The notes: generated from the letters alone by a model not told the origin. 64,000 nt of DNA from Haloplanus sp. (GCA_042216635.1 JBDGTR010000017.1:1615-65614), one strand, 5' to 3'. Shown: positions 29,391 to 39,478, counted from the first letter of the stretch. Numbers and translations: made by a program.

Positions 29391-29759
29391 ATGGGCGCTG
29401 ATCGGAACTACCTCTGCGTCGAACCGGCTGCCGACGCCGACCCCGACGCCCTCGAACGGCGGCTCGCGGCGGGCGACGCCTTCGACGCCTGGCACGACCG
29501 GTACGACGACACCGTCGTCGTCGCCGGCCTCGACGCCGACCCCGACCCCGCGGTCGAGACGCTTCACGACGTCGCGGCCGACGTCGAGCGCGCGTTCCTC
29601 CTGCACGTCAACGACACGGCGATGCGCGGCGAGGGACGGGTGTACGAGCGGGCCGGGGACGACCTCGTCGAGCGCGAGGCGGTCTCCGGCGCCGAGCGGT
29701 ACGGCGTCGACGTCGTCGACTACGTGACGCGGGAGTACGGCATCCATGGACCTCGATGA
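29391..29759 (+). CDS. hypothetical acidic protein
   Basis: 122 aa acidic ORF overlapping the start of the HEAT-repeat gene. Confidence 0.65.
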   Translation: MGADRNYLCVEPAADADPDALERRLAAGDAFDAWHDRYDDTVVVAGLDADPDPAVETLHDVAADVERAFLLHVNDTAMRGEGRVYERAGDDLVEREAVSGAERYGVDVVDYVTREYGIHGPR

Positions 29760-31275
29760 GGCGCTGGCGGCGGTGCAGGCCGGGCACGCGGACGTGCCGG
29801 CCCGGCGCGAGGCCGCCTGGTGGCTCTGGCGCCGGACGCGGGACCCGGCCGACGACCTCGCGGCCGCGACCGGCGCCCTCGACGCCGCGCTGGACGACGA
29901 CGACCCGGTCGTCCGGGGGCACGCCGTCGCCGCGCTCGGCGACCTCCTGTTCGCCACCCGCTCCCCCGGCGACGCGATCCCCGAACTCGACGGCGTGCTC
30001 GCGCTGCTGACCGACGACGACGACCGCGTCCGCCAGTCGGCGACCGGCGTCCTCTGGAGCCGGGAGTGGTTGCACGACGTCGGGGCCGACGACCACCCCA
30101 TCACGGCGTCCCAGCGCGAGCGCGCCGCCGTCGGCCTCGTCGCCTGTCTCGACGCCGACCGACCGCTGGTCCGCGCTCGCGCCGCAGCCGAACTCCGCCC
30201 GCCGCTGGTCCTCGCCCATCCCGATCCGGAGCGGGCGATGGCGACGCTGGCGGCCGCGCTCGACGACCGCCCCGACGTCCGGTCGAACGCGGCCGAACTG
30301 CTCGCCGACGCGGCGGCCGAGCGGCCCGCCCTCCTCGACCCCCACGTCGACCGGCTCCGGCAGGCCATGCTGGACGACGAGGCGACGCGGGCGGCGGCCG
30401 CAGACGGGCTGGCGGCGCTGATCGACCGGTTTCCCGACCTCGCGGCGCCCGTGGCCGACGTGCTCCTGGCGGCCGACCCGGATCCCTTCGCGCGCCGCGC
30501 CCCGCGGCGGATCACGACCCTCGGCGAGATACTGCTGGCGCGGCCGGACGGCTTCGAGCGATCCGACGCCGTCCTGGCCGAACTGCAGTCGACCCTGGCC
30601 GACGGGTTCTACAAGGTCCGGCTGGCCGCCGCGAAGGCCCTCCAGCGCCTCGCCCGCCAGTCGCCAGCGGTGGTCGACCCCGCCCAGCCGCTGCTGTCCG
30701 AGCGGCTGCACGACGAGAGCGAACACGTCCGCCGGCACGCCGCGTGCGCGCTCGCCGAACTCGTCGACCCCGCCGACGCGGGGCCCGCGCTCGCGACGCT
30801 GGCCGCCACCTACCGCGACCGCGACGTCGACGACCCGGGGCCGGACCCGCTGGTCCACCTCGCGGACGCCCGCCCGGCGTTCGTCTGCGACCGCCTCGAA
30901 CGCCTCCGCGCCGCGACGCCGAACCCGCGCCACGACGTCCGCCTGACCGTCGCCGAGATCCTGTCGATCGCTCCGGCGGCCGCGCATCCGTTCCTCGACG
31001 GGTGCGCCGCGGACCTCGACGCCGACGACCCCGAGGTCCGGAACGGCGCCGCGTGGCTGGTCGGCCAGGCCGTCCTCGACAACCCGGACGAGGGGGCGGC
31101 CTACGCCCGGCCGCTCCTGGACGCCGTCCGGTCGCCGGACGACTTCGACGAGTACGCCCACCGGAAGGTCCGGACGGCGCTGGCGGCGCTCGCGGAGGCT
31201 GCCGATCCGTCGCTGGCGGTATCGCCGGACCGGATCCGGACCGTCCTCGACCGCGTCGATGGGGACGACGGGTGA
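29746..31275 (+). CDS. HEAT-repeat protein
   Basis: Repeated L.D.D..VR..AA.AL units. Confidence 0.85.
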   Translation: MDLDEALAAVQAGHADVPARREAAWWLWRRTRDPADDLAAATGALDAALDDDDPVVRGHAVAALGDLLFATRSPGDAIPELDGVLALLTDDDDRVRQSATGVLWSREWLHDVGADDHPITASQRERAAVGLVACLDADRPLVRARAAAELRPPLVLAHPDPERAMATLAAALDDRPDVRSNAAELLADAAAERPALLDPHVDRLRQAMLDDEATRAAAADGLAALIDRFPDLAAPVADVLLAADPDPFARRAPRRITTLGEILLARPDGFERSDAVLAELQSTLADGFYKVRLAAAKALQRLARQSPAVVDPAQPLLSERLHDESEHVRRHAACALAELVDPADAGPALATLAATYRDRDVDDPGPDPLVHLADARPAFVCDRLERLRAATPNPRHDVRLTVAEILSIAPAAAHPFLDGCAADLDADDPEVRNGAAWLVGQAVLDNPDEGAAYARPLLDAVRSPDDFDEYAHRKVRTALAALAEAADPSLAVSPDRIRTVLDRVDGDDG

Positions 31276-31374
31276 TCGTCGGCTGGGTGGCGAGCGCGAG
31301 GGGAGGCCGGGTGGCCGGGACACGCCAGCCGAGTCGCTCCGAGGATTTATTTTCGGACGGCAGGGCCACGGGGT

Positions 31375-33588
31375 ATGGCAGCGGGAGAGGACGCCGTCCC
31401 GCCTCCGGTACCGCCCGACGACCCCGACGCCTGGTACGCCCCGGACGTACGCGTCCAGTACGAGGTCCACCCGGGCGTGGTGGCGAGCGTCAGGGAGACG
31501 GGCGCCGACTTCGCCTACGAGGTGCGCGAGCCGACGCTGGGCACGCGGGGCGAGGCGGCGCTGGCGGCAGTTCGCGAGCACTTTGCCGAGGCGAACCTCG
31601 CGCGGCCGCGCACGCGGGAGGGCGCCGTCGAGCAGATGACGGCCGGCTTCGAGGAGAAGTACCGGCGCGTCATCGACCGGTTGATCGATCTGACGCCCAC
31701 CGCGCGGCGCCGGCTCGACTACCACGCGCTCTGCGAACTGCGCTGTCTCGGCGAACTGACGCCCTACGCGCTCGACGGCCGCATCGAGGTGGCGGACGTC
31801 GCCGGCTCTGACGGGCTGGTCGTCCACACCGAGAACTACGCGCCGGCGACGACGGCGGTGACCGACCCGCCGGCGGACTACCTCGAACGGTTCGTCAGCG
31901 AACGGCTCGACCGTTACACCGTCCAGTTCCACGAGTTCTCCATCCCGGTCGTCGTCTACCGCGAGCGGGTGCTGGGTCACGACCCGTTCGGCACCAAGTA
32001 CGCCGTGCTGGAGCCGGATCTGCTGCCCGGAGACGACGCGCTCGTGGCCGAGTGCAAGGAGCGCATCTGGGAGACGAGCGTGGACGGCGTCGTCGAGGAC
32101 CGGGCGGCGTTCGTTCGCGAACGCGCCCGGGAGGTGCTCTCGCGGCGACTCACCGCCCGAAACACCCGCGCCTGGCGCGAGGTGACTGCCTACCGGATCC
32201 GGTCGGCGCTCGCCGAGTACGACCTCGCGGTCCCGCCCGTGGACTCGCGGTTCGCCGACGACCGTCTGGACGACCTCGTCTACTACGTGCTCCGCGACTT
32301 CGTCGGCTACGGCCAGCTCACCGTCCCCATCCGCGACCCGCACCTGGAGGACGTGGAGGCAAACCGCGTCGGCGAGCGCGTGAAGGTCGTCCCGCGCGCC
32401 GAACTGGGTCACGACGGTCGCATCCCGACCAACCTCACCTTCGAGGACGAGACTGCGTTCGTCAACGTCGTCACGCAACTTGCGGCCTCCGACGGGACCG
32501 AACTCTCCGCCAGCACGCCGAGCGCGAAGGTGAACCTCGATCCGCCGGGCGTCGAGGAGACGATCCGCTGTGCGGTGGCCCTGCCGACCATCAGCGAGGA
32601 CGGCCCGCACATCTCGATCCGGAAACAGGCCCCCGACGCGCTCACGCCCGTCGATCTGGTCGAGCAGGGCGCACTCCCGACCGAACTCGTGACGCTGTTC
32701 TGGCTGTTCTACGAGTATCGCGGCGTCGTCCTGTTCTCCGGGCCGACAGGTGTCGGAAAAACGACATTGATGAATGCTCACATGCCTTTCGTCAGGTACG
32801 ACGACCGGCCGATCTCGATCGACGAGGGGTCTCGCGAGGTGCGCCTGCCCCACGAGACGGGCGTCTCGCTCACCACCCGCGACCACGAACAGGAGTACAA
32901 GCGAGTGACGATGGCGGACCTGATGACGGAGACGAACTACCTGAACCCGGACGTAGAGGTCATCGCGGAGATCAACACGCCCGCGAGTTTCGAGACGTTC
33001 GCCGAGACGCTCAACACCGGCCACGGCGTCATCGGGACGACCCACGCGGAGGACGTCGAGAAACTCGTGAACCGGGTGGTCGAGCAGGGACTGCCACCCT
33101 ATCTGCTCCGCGAACTCGACCTCGTCGTCTTCCCGCGGTACGTCGACGGCGAGCGCTACGTGGGACAGGTGGTCGAGATTCTCACCGAGGCGGAGTACGC
33201 GTCGCTCGACGGTCGGGTCGACGACGAGCGCGGCGTCGTCCAGAAGGACGGCACGGCCGTCCACTGGAACACGGTCGCCCGCCGGACCACGGGCGGGGAG
33301 TTCGAACTGGCCTACGACCACCCGCAACTCGGCGACTCGTCGGCCGACCGTCAGATGGTCGCCTTCGACCGTCTCGCCGCCCGGACCGACCGGCCGGTCG
33401 AGGCCGTCGAGCGAGAGTTCCACCGCAAGCACGGCTACGTTCAGTATCTCGTCCGCGAGGAGATCCACGACTTCGAGGCGCTGTTCGAGTTCCTGGCCGA
33501 CCTGCAGACGAACGAGACGGCGACGGTCGAGCGCGTCCGCCACCGCGAGCGCGAGCGTCCGGACGGGAGGGCAGATGGCGACGACTGA
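31375..33588 (+). CDS. pilB: type II/IV secretion (PilB/VirB11-like) ATPase
   Basis: Walker A GPTGVGKT, GPHISIRK, Walker B-like VIAE and His box NTGHGVIGTTHA. Confidence 0.9.
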   Translation: MAAGEDAVPPPVPPDDPDAWYAPDVRVQYEVHPGVVASVRETGADFAYEVREPTLGTRGEAALAAVREHFAEANLARPRTREGAVEQMTAGFEEKYRRVIDRLIDLTPTARRRLDYHALCELRCLGELTPYALDGRIEVADVAGSDGLVVHTENYAPATTAVTDPPADYLERFVSERLDRYTVQFHEFSIPVVVYRERVLGHDPFGTKYAVLEPDLLPGDDALVAECKERIWETSVDGVVEDRAAFVRERAREVLSRRLTARNTRAWREVTAYRIRSALAEYDLAVPPVDSRFADDRLDDLVYYVLRDFVGYGQLTVPIRDPHLEDVEANRVGERVKVVPRAELGHDGRIPTNLTFEDETAFVNVVTQLAASDGTELSASTPSAKVNLDPPGVEETIRCAVALPTISEDGPHISIRKQAPDALTPVDLVEQGALPTELVTLFWLFYEYRGVVLFSGPTGVGKTTLMNAHMPFVRYDDRPISIDEGSREVRLPHETGVSLTTRDHEQEYKRVTMADLMTETNYLNPDVEVIAEINTPASFETFAETLNTGHGVIGTTHAEDVEKLVNRVVEQGLPPYLLRELDLVVFPRYVDGERYVGQVVEILTEAEYASLDGRVDDERGVVQKDGTAVHWNTVARRTTGGEFELAYDHPQLGDSSADRQMVAFDRLAARTDRPVEAVEREFHRKHGYVQYLVREEIHDFEALFEFLADLQTNETATVERVRHRERERPDGRADGDD

Positions 33589-35473
33589 CGGCGCCGTCCG
33601 CGTCCTCGGCCACCTCGACCGTGGGCTCTACGCGCTCTTTTCCCGACACGCCGACCGGGCGCGCCACGACCGCGACCGCGAGCGGTACCGTGCGGCGAAC
33701 CTCGGGCTGTCGTTCGAACGCTACCTCGCCCGCGTCTACGGCGCGTCGTGGAGCGTGCTCCTGGTCGCCTTCGTCTGGACCGTGATCGTCGTGCTGGCGC
33801 TCCCGGCGAGCCTGCTCGACGCGCTCGGAGCGGCGGGCCACGCGGCCGTGCCGGTGGTGAACCGGTTGCCAGTTCCCTCGCTCGCCCGCCCACCGGTCGC
33901 AGTCCTGGCCGGGGTCGCGGCGGGCGGCTTCGGGAAGTGGCTGACCGTCCGCGCGGGGAGCCGGTACCTCCGGTGGCGCGCCAGCGTCCGCCGGGGGGGC
34001 ATCGAGCGCACGCTACCCGGTGCCGTCCGGTACATGCGCGTGCTCGCCTCGGGGAGCGGCGACCGGCGGACCATGCTCCGGAAGGTCGCAGAACAGGACG
34101 CCTACGGCGAGACTGCAGTCGCCTTCCGCCGCGCGCTGAACGACGCCGCGCTCACGGGGAGCCTCGACGACGGCCTGGAGACGGTTGCCCGCGACACTCC
34201 CTCGCGGAGTCTGCTGGCGCCGTTCCTCCTGAAGTTCCGCGAGCACGCCAACCAGAGCGCGGACGCGCTCGAAGGGTACCTCCAGATGGAGTCGCGGATG
34301 CTGTCGCACCGGCAGTCTCGCTCGCGCCAGCGCGCCGCCGACTTCCTCGAGTTGCTGGCGGAGCTGTTCATCGTCCTGCTGGTGTTGCCGTCGCTCCTGG
34401 TCATCGTCCTGACGGTGCTGAGCGCGCTGGCGCCGGGGCTCTCGGCGCCGGTGGCGACGCCGCTCGGGACGACGACCGTCCGCTCGGCGCTCGTCTACGG
34501 GAGTGCGGCGTTCGTGCTGGTCGTCGGCGCGGGTGCGGCGCTCGTCGTCGAGTCGCTCCGGCCGCCGGGACAGGGAGCACCGGATCACCCCCGGCCGGAG
34601 CGGATCGTCGAGGCCGTCCGTACGGTGCTCGTCACGCCCGCGAGCGCGGCGGTCGCTTTCCTCCCGGTCGCCGCGGGGAGCGCGGCGCTGCTCGTCGTTC
34701 TCGGCTACCGGCCGGAGAACGTCGTCCTGCTCGGCTACGCGGCGTACGGCGTGCCCATCGGGCTCGTCGCGGTCCGCCGCGCCCGCCTCGACGACGCGAA
34801 GGACCGGGAGATGAAGGACTTCGTCCACGCCGTGTCCGGCCACGTCAGCCTCGGCCGGCCGTTCGGCGAGGCGGTGGGTCTGGTCGCCCGCGAGGTCGAC
34901 CTCGGCCGCCTCCAGGACGACGTCGACGATCTCGCGTTCGCCCTCTCGCTGACGACCGCCGGCGAGCGGGGGACGAACGTGCGCGCGGCGGCACTCGGGA
35001 CGTTCGTCGAGCAGGTGGACACGCGACTCGCCGAGCAGACTGTCGGCCTGGTCACCGGAGCGCTCGACGTGGGTAGCGACACCGAGGAAGTGTTCGAGAC
35101 GCTCCAGACGGAGGTCGGTCGGCTCCACCACGAGAAGAAAGCCCTCCGGTCGGCGATGCTGATCTACGTCGCCGTCGGCTGGACGACGGCGCTCCTCGTG
35201 GTCGGAATCATGGTGGCGGTGAACGGTTACGTCCTCGACGGGTTCAGCCAGCTGTCGGCCGTCGCGGGCGCGAGCCACGGGATCGCACTCGATCCGACCG
35301 CCGTCCAGCCGGCACGCGATCAGCGGCGCTTCTACGTCGTGACGCAGGCCACGATGCTCGCCAGCGGCTGGTTCGCCGGGGCGGCCTCGCGCGGGCGGTA
35401 CGAGGCGCTCCTCCACTCCGGGGTGCTGGTCCTCGTCTGCTACGTCGTCTTCGCGGGGGCGGGAATGCTGTGA
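33575..35473 (+). CDS. pilC: type IV pilus platform protein (PilC/TadC, T2SSF family)
   Basis: Two T2SSF-like halves with TM helices; overlaps the ATPase stop. Confidence 0.85.
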   Translation: MATTDGAVRVLGHLDRGLYALFSRHADRARHDRDRERYRAANLGLSFERYLARVYGASWSVLLVAFVWTVIVVLALPASLLDALGAAGHAAVPVVNRLPVPSLARPPVAVLAGVAAGGFGKWLTVRAGSRYLRWRASVRRGGIERTLPGAVRYMRVLASGSGDRRTMLRKVAEQDAYGETAVAFRRALNDAALTGSLDDGLETVARDTPSRSLLAPFLLKFREHANQSADALEGYLQMESRMLSHRQSRSRQRAADFLELLAELFIVLLVLPSLLVIVLTVLSALAPGLSAPVATPLGTTTVRSALVYGSAAFVLVVGAGAALVVESLRPPGQGAPDHPRPERIVEAVRTVLVTPASAAVAFLPVAAGSAALLVVLGYRPENVVLLGYAAYGVPIGLVAVRRARLDDAKDREMKDFVHAVSGHVSLGRPFGEAVGLVAREVDLGRLQDDVDDLAFALSLTTAGERGTNVRAAALGTFVEQVDTRLAEQTVGLVTGALDVGSDTEEVFETLQTEVGRLHHEKKALRSAMLIYVAVGWTTALLVVGIMVAVNGYVLDGFSQLSAVAGASHGIALDPTAVQPARDQRRFYVVTQATMLASGWFAGAASRGRYEALLHSGVLVLVCYVVFAGAGML

Positions 35474-36204
35474 TCCGCGCTGTGCTTTCCCCCGACTCGC
35501 ACCGGCGAGGCCAGGCCAACGTCGTCGGCGTCGCCGTCCTGCTCGGCCTGACGGTGCTCTCGCTCGGCGTGCTCACGGCCGGAATCGGGGCCGTCGTCCA
35601 GGACCACGCCGCGAGCGCGAACGCCCGTCGCGTCGCCACCGGCGTGAACGCCGCGCTCGCCCCCGTCGCGTCGACCGGCCCCCATCGCGGGCGCGTCGCG
35701 TTCACCGACGGCCGACTCCACACTGCCGAGCGCGACCTCCGGGTGCTGAACGAGTCGGGCGTGATCCGACGGGTACGGATCGACGCGCTCGTCTACGAGT
35801 CTGGGACCCGGCGCGTCGCGTTCGTCGGCGGCGCCATTACCCGGGGCCCGGTGGGCAGCGAGACGCTCGTCGAACCGCCGCCGATCACAGCGGGCGAGGA
35901 GGTGCTCGTCGTCGGCGCACCGAGACTCGGCGGAACCGGGGCGGTCGCCGGGCGCGACGTGGACGCCGTCCTCCGGACGAACGTCACCCACGAGCGATCA
36001 CGGCTCGGGCGCGGCCACTACCGCGTCGCGATCGAGACGGCGGCACCGGATCCCCTGGCGCGACACTTCGAGGCCCGCGGGATCGACGTCACGCGCCGCG
36101 ACCTGGACGACGACGGAGTCACCAGCGTCGTCGCCGACTTCACCGGCCAGCGGGTCGGCTACCTCGTCGTCCACGACCTCGACCTGGAGGTGCGGCATGG
36201 ATAG
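35470..36204 (+). CDS. prepilin-like protein (class III signal peptide)
   Basis: RRGQ|ANVVGVAVLLGLTV; coupled to pilC. Confidence 0.8.
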   Translation: MIRAVLSPDSHRRGQANVVGVAVLLGLTVLSLGVLTAGIGAVVQDHAASANARRVATGVNAALAPVASTGPHRGRVAFTDGRLHTAERDLRVLNESGVIRRVRIDALVYESGTRRVAFVGGAITRGPVGSETLVEPPPITAGEEVLVVGAPRLGGTGAVAGRDVDAVLRTNVTHERSRLGRGHYRVAIETAAPDPLARHFEARGIDVTRRDLDDDGVTSVVADFTGQRVGYLVVHDLDLEVRHG

Positions 36205-36640
36205 GGCACAGGCCGACGTCGTCGGGAAGGCGCTGGAGGTCGCGCTGGCCGTGCTGTTCGTCGGCCTGGTCACGACGCTGCTGTACGGCGGCGTCGTCCC
36301 AGCCTACGGGACGGCGGCCGGCGACGCAGTCGCCGAGCGAACGGTGGCGCTGGCCGCCGAGCGGACCCAGCAGGCGGTCCCGGCGGTCGGCCGTCGCGTG
36401 AATGCGACGGCTCGGGTCGACCTCCCGACCACGATCGCCGGCGCGGCCTACGAGGTGCGCGTCGAGAACCGGACGCTCGTGCTCGATCACCCCGATCCGG
36501 AGATCGGGGCGCGGGCGCAACTCGCGCTCCCCGGCACGGTCGAGACGGTCGACGGACGCTGGCGAAGCGGCGACGACGCCGTCGTCCGCGTCCGGGGGAA
36601 CGCGACCGAGGGACTGACAGTCAGACTGACAGAGCGATGA
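36197..36640 (+). CDS. prepilin-like protein
   Basis: MDRAQ|ADVVGKALEVALAVLFV. Confidence 0.8.
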   Translation: MDRAQADVVGKALEVALAVLFVGLVTTLLYGGVVPAYGTAAGDAVAERTVALAAERTQQAVPAVGRRVNATARVDLPTTIAGAAYEVRVENRTLVLDHPDPEIGARAQLALPGTVETVDGRWRSGDDAVVRVRGNATEGLTVRLTER

Positions 36641-37305
36641 GAGCTCAGGCCAACCTCCCGGCGCTCGCCGTCGCCTTGATCGTCCTCACGGCCACGACCG
36701 GCCTCGGTCTCGCGCTCGCCGAGACGGCGTTCACGAGCGCGACCCGCGCACCCAGTGAGCGACGCGCGGCGATCGCGACCGCGGAACGCCTCGTGGCGCC
36801 GGACGGCCCGCTGACCGTCCGCCGGAACGTCCTCGACCGCGACCGGGCGTCGAATCTGACTGCCGCGACCCTGGACCGGGACTACCCGGTCGTCCGCGGT
36901 CGGGCCGTCCGGATCCGGCTCGGCGGTCGGACGCTGGTCGAGCGCGGCGACCCCGCGGGCGGCACGACTGTCCGCCGGATCGTGCTGGTCGCCACCCGGC
37001 AACGCGTCACCCGTCGCCCGCCGCTCCCGACCAACGCGACGACGATCCCACGCCGGACCTCGCGGCTCGACCTCGCCATTAACCCGCCGCCGGGGACGAC
37101 CGTCCGGACCGTCCGCACGAACGGCCGGGTAGTGCTCCGGAACGGCACCGGCCTCGACGGCGAGTACACGGTCCGAGTCTCACGCTTCGAGACCGTCGAA
37201 CTCCGCTTCGAGACGGACGGCCCGCTCCCTCAGGGGAGCGTCGCCGTGACCTACGTCCCCGAACGGACGCGCAAAGCCACCCTGGCGGTGACCGTCGATG
37301 CGTAG
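36637..37305 (+). CDS. prepilin-like protein
   Basis: MRAQ|ANLPALAVALIVL. Confidence 0.8.
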   Translation: MRAQANLPALAVALIVLTATTGLGLALAETAFTSATRAPSERRAAIATAERLVAPDGPLTVRRNVLDRDRASNLTAATLDRDYPVVRGRAVRIRLGGRTLVERGDPAGGTTVRRIVLVATRQRVTRRPPLPTNATTIPRRTSRLDLAINPPPGTTVRTVRTNGRVVLRNGTGLDGEYTVRVSRFETVELRFETDGPLPQGSVAVTYVPERTRKATLAVTVDA

Positions 37306-37702
37306 GGGCCAGCTCTCGCTGACGGTCGTCGAGGCGGGCGTCGGCGTCCTGCTCATTCTGGCGGTGGCCGGGGGGTTCGCGTTCGGCGTCCCGTCGCCGA
37401 ACACGACCCGCCCGCAACTCGACGCCTACGCGGAGGACACGGCGACCGTGCTGGCGCGCGAACCGCCGCGCCACCAGGGCGCCACCCGGCTCGCGGAGGT
37501 CGCCGGCTCCGAGCGGGCGTTCGTCCGCGAACGCGACGCCCTGGACCGGCGCGTCGACCGCATCCTCCCGGACAACCTGCTGTACCGGATCGAGACGCCA
37601 CAGGGGGCCGTCGGCTACCGGCGGCCCGCCGGCGCGCCCGCGGGCCGGGCCACCGTCACGACGCTCGGCGGCGACGTGACGATCTGGGTCTGGTACGCGT
37701 GA
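37298..37702 (+). CDS. prepilin-like protein
   Basis: MRRGQ|LSLTVVEAGVGVLLIL; ends VWYA. Confidence 0.8.
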   Translation: MRRGQLSLTVVEAGVGVLLILAVAGGFAFGVPSPNTTRPQLDAYAEDTATVLAREPPRHQGATRLAEVAGSERAFVRERDALDRRVDRILPDNLLYRIETPQGAVGYRRPAGAPAGRATVTTLGGDVTIWVWYA

Positions 37703-37809
37703 CGCGAGCCGGCGGCGGGAACGCGACCGACGCGACGCCCGCCGGTGATACAGCCGGGCGGCCTCCCCTGCGAGCACGTCGGTCCTGCGTCGTCCCGGCC
37801 GACGTGAAC

Positions 37810-37920
37810 TATAGTAGCGTTTGTAATTCTTCGCGGCCGGCATCGACTGCAGGTGGCTGTCACGACTGCTCTCGACGGATCTGACCGACCGGTGTGCAGA
37901 TAGTTACAAACGCTACTATA
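37810..37920. mobile_element. 111-bp MITE-like element, copy 1
   Basis: Perfect 17-bp TIR TATAGTAGCGTTTGTAA / TTACAAACGCTACTATA; second copy at 55908. Confidence 0.85.
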
Positions 37921-37995
37921 GAAACTGCGCACGCACTCCGACCGTCCGCCGCCCCCCACGCTCCTGCTCCCCGATCTGATACCGACGGGTGGCGA

Positions 37996-38343
37996 CTACT
38001 GCTGGTCGATCTCGTCTCGCTCCGCGACCTGAACCCAGCCGTCGCTCCGGACGGTGACGCGGTGTCCTCGGTACACGAAGTGGACGCTCCCCCCCGAATC
38101 GCGGCGTTCACCGCCGACTCTCGGTCCGAAGAACGAGTCCTCGATGGCGCTCGTGTCCACGACCTCGTACAGCGCCGGCTCCCTGATGGTCGTCATCTCG
38201 ACGCCCTCGGCGTCGGCGACCGCCCCGATGATGATCGTCGTGAGGTCGTCGGGGCTCTCTCGGTCGTAGGCCCGCTGCGTGACCACGTGCCACTGCGTCT
38301 CCCCGTCCACGTCGGGTGCGTTCTCGTCGGTCATCTCACGCAT
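37996..38343 (-). CDS. HalOD1 output domain protein
   Basis: AVADAEGV...PALYEVVD...VHFVYRGHRVTVRSDG; the true start may be 38334. Confidence 0.85.
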   Translation of the reverse strand: MREMTDENAPDVDGETQWHVVTQRAYDRESPDDLTTIIIGAVADAEGVEMTTIREPALYEVVDTSAIEDSFFGPRVGGERRDSGGSVHFVYRGHRVTVRSDGWVQVAERDEIDQQ

Positions 38344-38803
38344 CTCGCTCCTCCTCGTACTCGTGGCCGGCGTGCTGTTCCTGCAGGCTGTCGAGGCTGC
38401 CGCCGATCCCGTCGAGGGCCGCGAACACCTGCTCGGCGTGGCTGGCCTGCGAAATCGTCTCGGTCTCCTCGTCGAATCGAACCACCCCGTACTCGACGAG
38501 CTTCGGGACGTGGTAGAGCGAGACGTACATCCGGTCGCACTGGTCCTCGTGGACGGCGTTCTCGTCGACGTCCTGCTCCCACCCGACGAGTTTGGTCGCC
38601 AGTTCCCGGAGCGTCCACGCGCCGTCGGTGGCCAGCGAGTAGAGGAGGTATCGCCGTCTCGGGTGGTCGAGGGCCCCGAACACCCGGTCTGTCTTCAGTA
38701 CGTTCGGGTCGATCGTCAGCGGAGCCGGCGATCTCCCTGTGGTCTCGGTATCGTCCTGCTCCGGGTCGTGGTCTACCATCGCTGGTTCGATATGGTGGCC
38801 CAC
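38336..38803 (-). CDS. haloarchaeal HTH protein (DUF7344-like)
   Basis: FGALDHPRRRYLL...YVSLYHVPKLVEYGVVRFD; start uncertain. Confidence 0.8.
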   Translation of the reverse strand: MGHHIEPAMVDHDPEQDDTETTGRSPAPLTIDPNVLKTDRVFGALDHPRRRYLLYSLATDGAWTLRELATKLVGWEQDVDENAVHEDQCDRMYVSLYHVPKLVEYGVVRFDEETETISQASHAEQVFAALDGIGGSLDSLQEQHAGHEYEEERDA

Positions 38804-39093
38804 AAATATAAACCGCAGTTACAAACCTCCACACGGTTGTCACCCGGATAGTTGTCCGAACGGTGTCCGATACGCCCCGACTGGTCTCCTGGTCGTTCCC
38901 GCCGCCTGGCGGGGCGATTCCGCTGCCCGTCTCGCCGACGAGAGGAGTGCGCGACGGCGGCGAGAAGGCCCAGGACGTACCGAGAGCCGGTGCCGTTCGA
39001 GGCCCGAAATCCTGCCACTTCGCGTCTCGACGTCCACTCCGCCCTGACGGGCGGGAATCGTCCGAGAAGAGCAACCGATCGTACCGCCCAACA

Positions 39094-39223
39094 TGACATC
39101 CTCCCCGGCGTGAACGTCGGGGTTTCCTCGCGCTGGGGGTATCGCTTACCGACCCACGGAGGCAACTTGCGGGTTCGTATGCTCCTCGTTGGGACGGGGA
39201 GAGCGTGATGACTCCAACCATCG
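39094..39223 (-). mobile_element. IS200/IS605 (IS1341-type) remnant: tnpB 3' tail plus right-end hairpin
   Basis: Minus strand encodes RWLESSRSPRPNEEHTNPQVASVGR* (39146-39223), which resembles haloarchaeal TnpB C-termini. It is followed by CCCCGACGTTCACGCCGGGG-AGGATGTCA. Confidence 0.75.
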
Positions 39224-39478
39224 AACGAGCGCTCGATCCCCGATCACTCACGGGCCGTCAGCGTCGCACTGCGACGATCCTGGCCCTCGTTGGAGTCGTT
39301 CTGGGCGTCCTCGTCTTCTCGTATCTCCTCTTCTACGCGTAGAACTCCGCCTGGACGCAGTCGTCGGCCGCCTGAATCTCGGCCTCGCCGAACGTCCAGA
39401 ATCCGTTCCGCTCGCTCTGGCTCGAACTGAGCGCAATCGCGCCGCGCGAACGGGACGGGAGACGTTCGCACGCTTCCC

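Noticed and set aside
29608-33543. 1311-aa minus-strand ORF and many other long Arg/Gly/Ala-rich ORFs
   Set aside because: Antisense or off-frame shadows of real genes in high-GC DNA; they have no motifs and are not acidic.
37699-37959. ORFs crossing the MITE (YSSVCN..., NYKRYYS), also at 55893-56263
   Set aside because: The shared peptide text comes from the repeat itself, not from a gene family.
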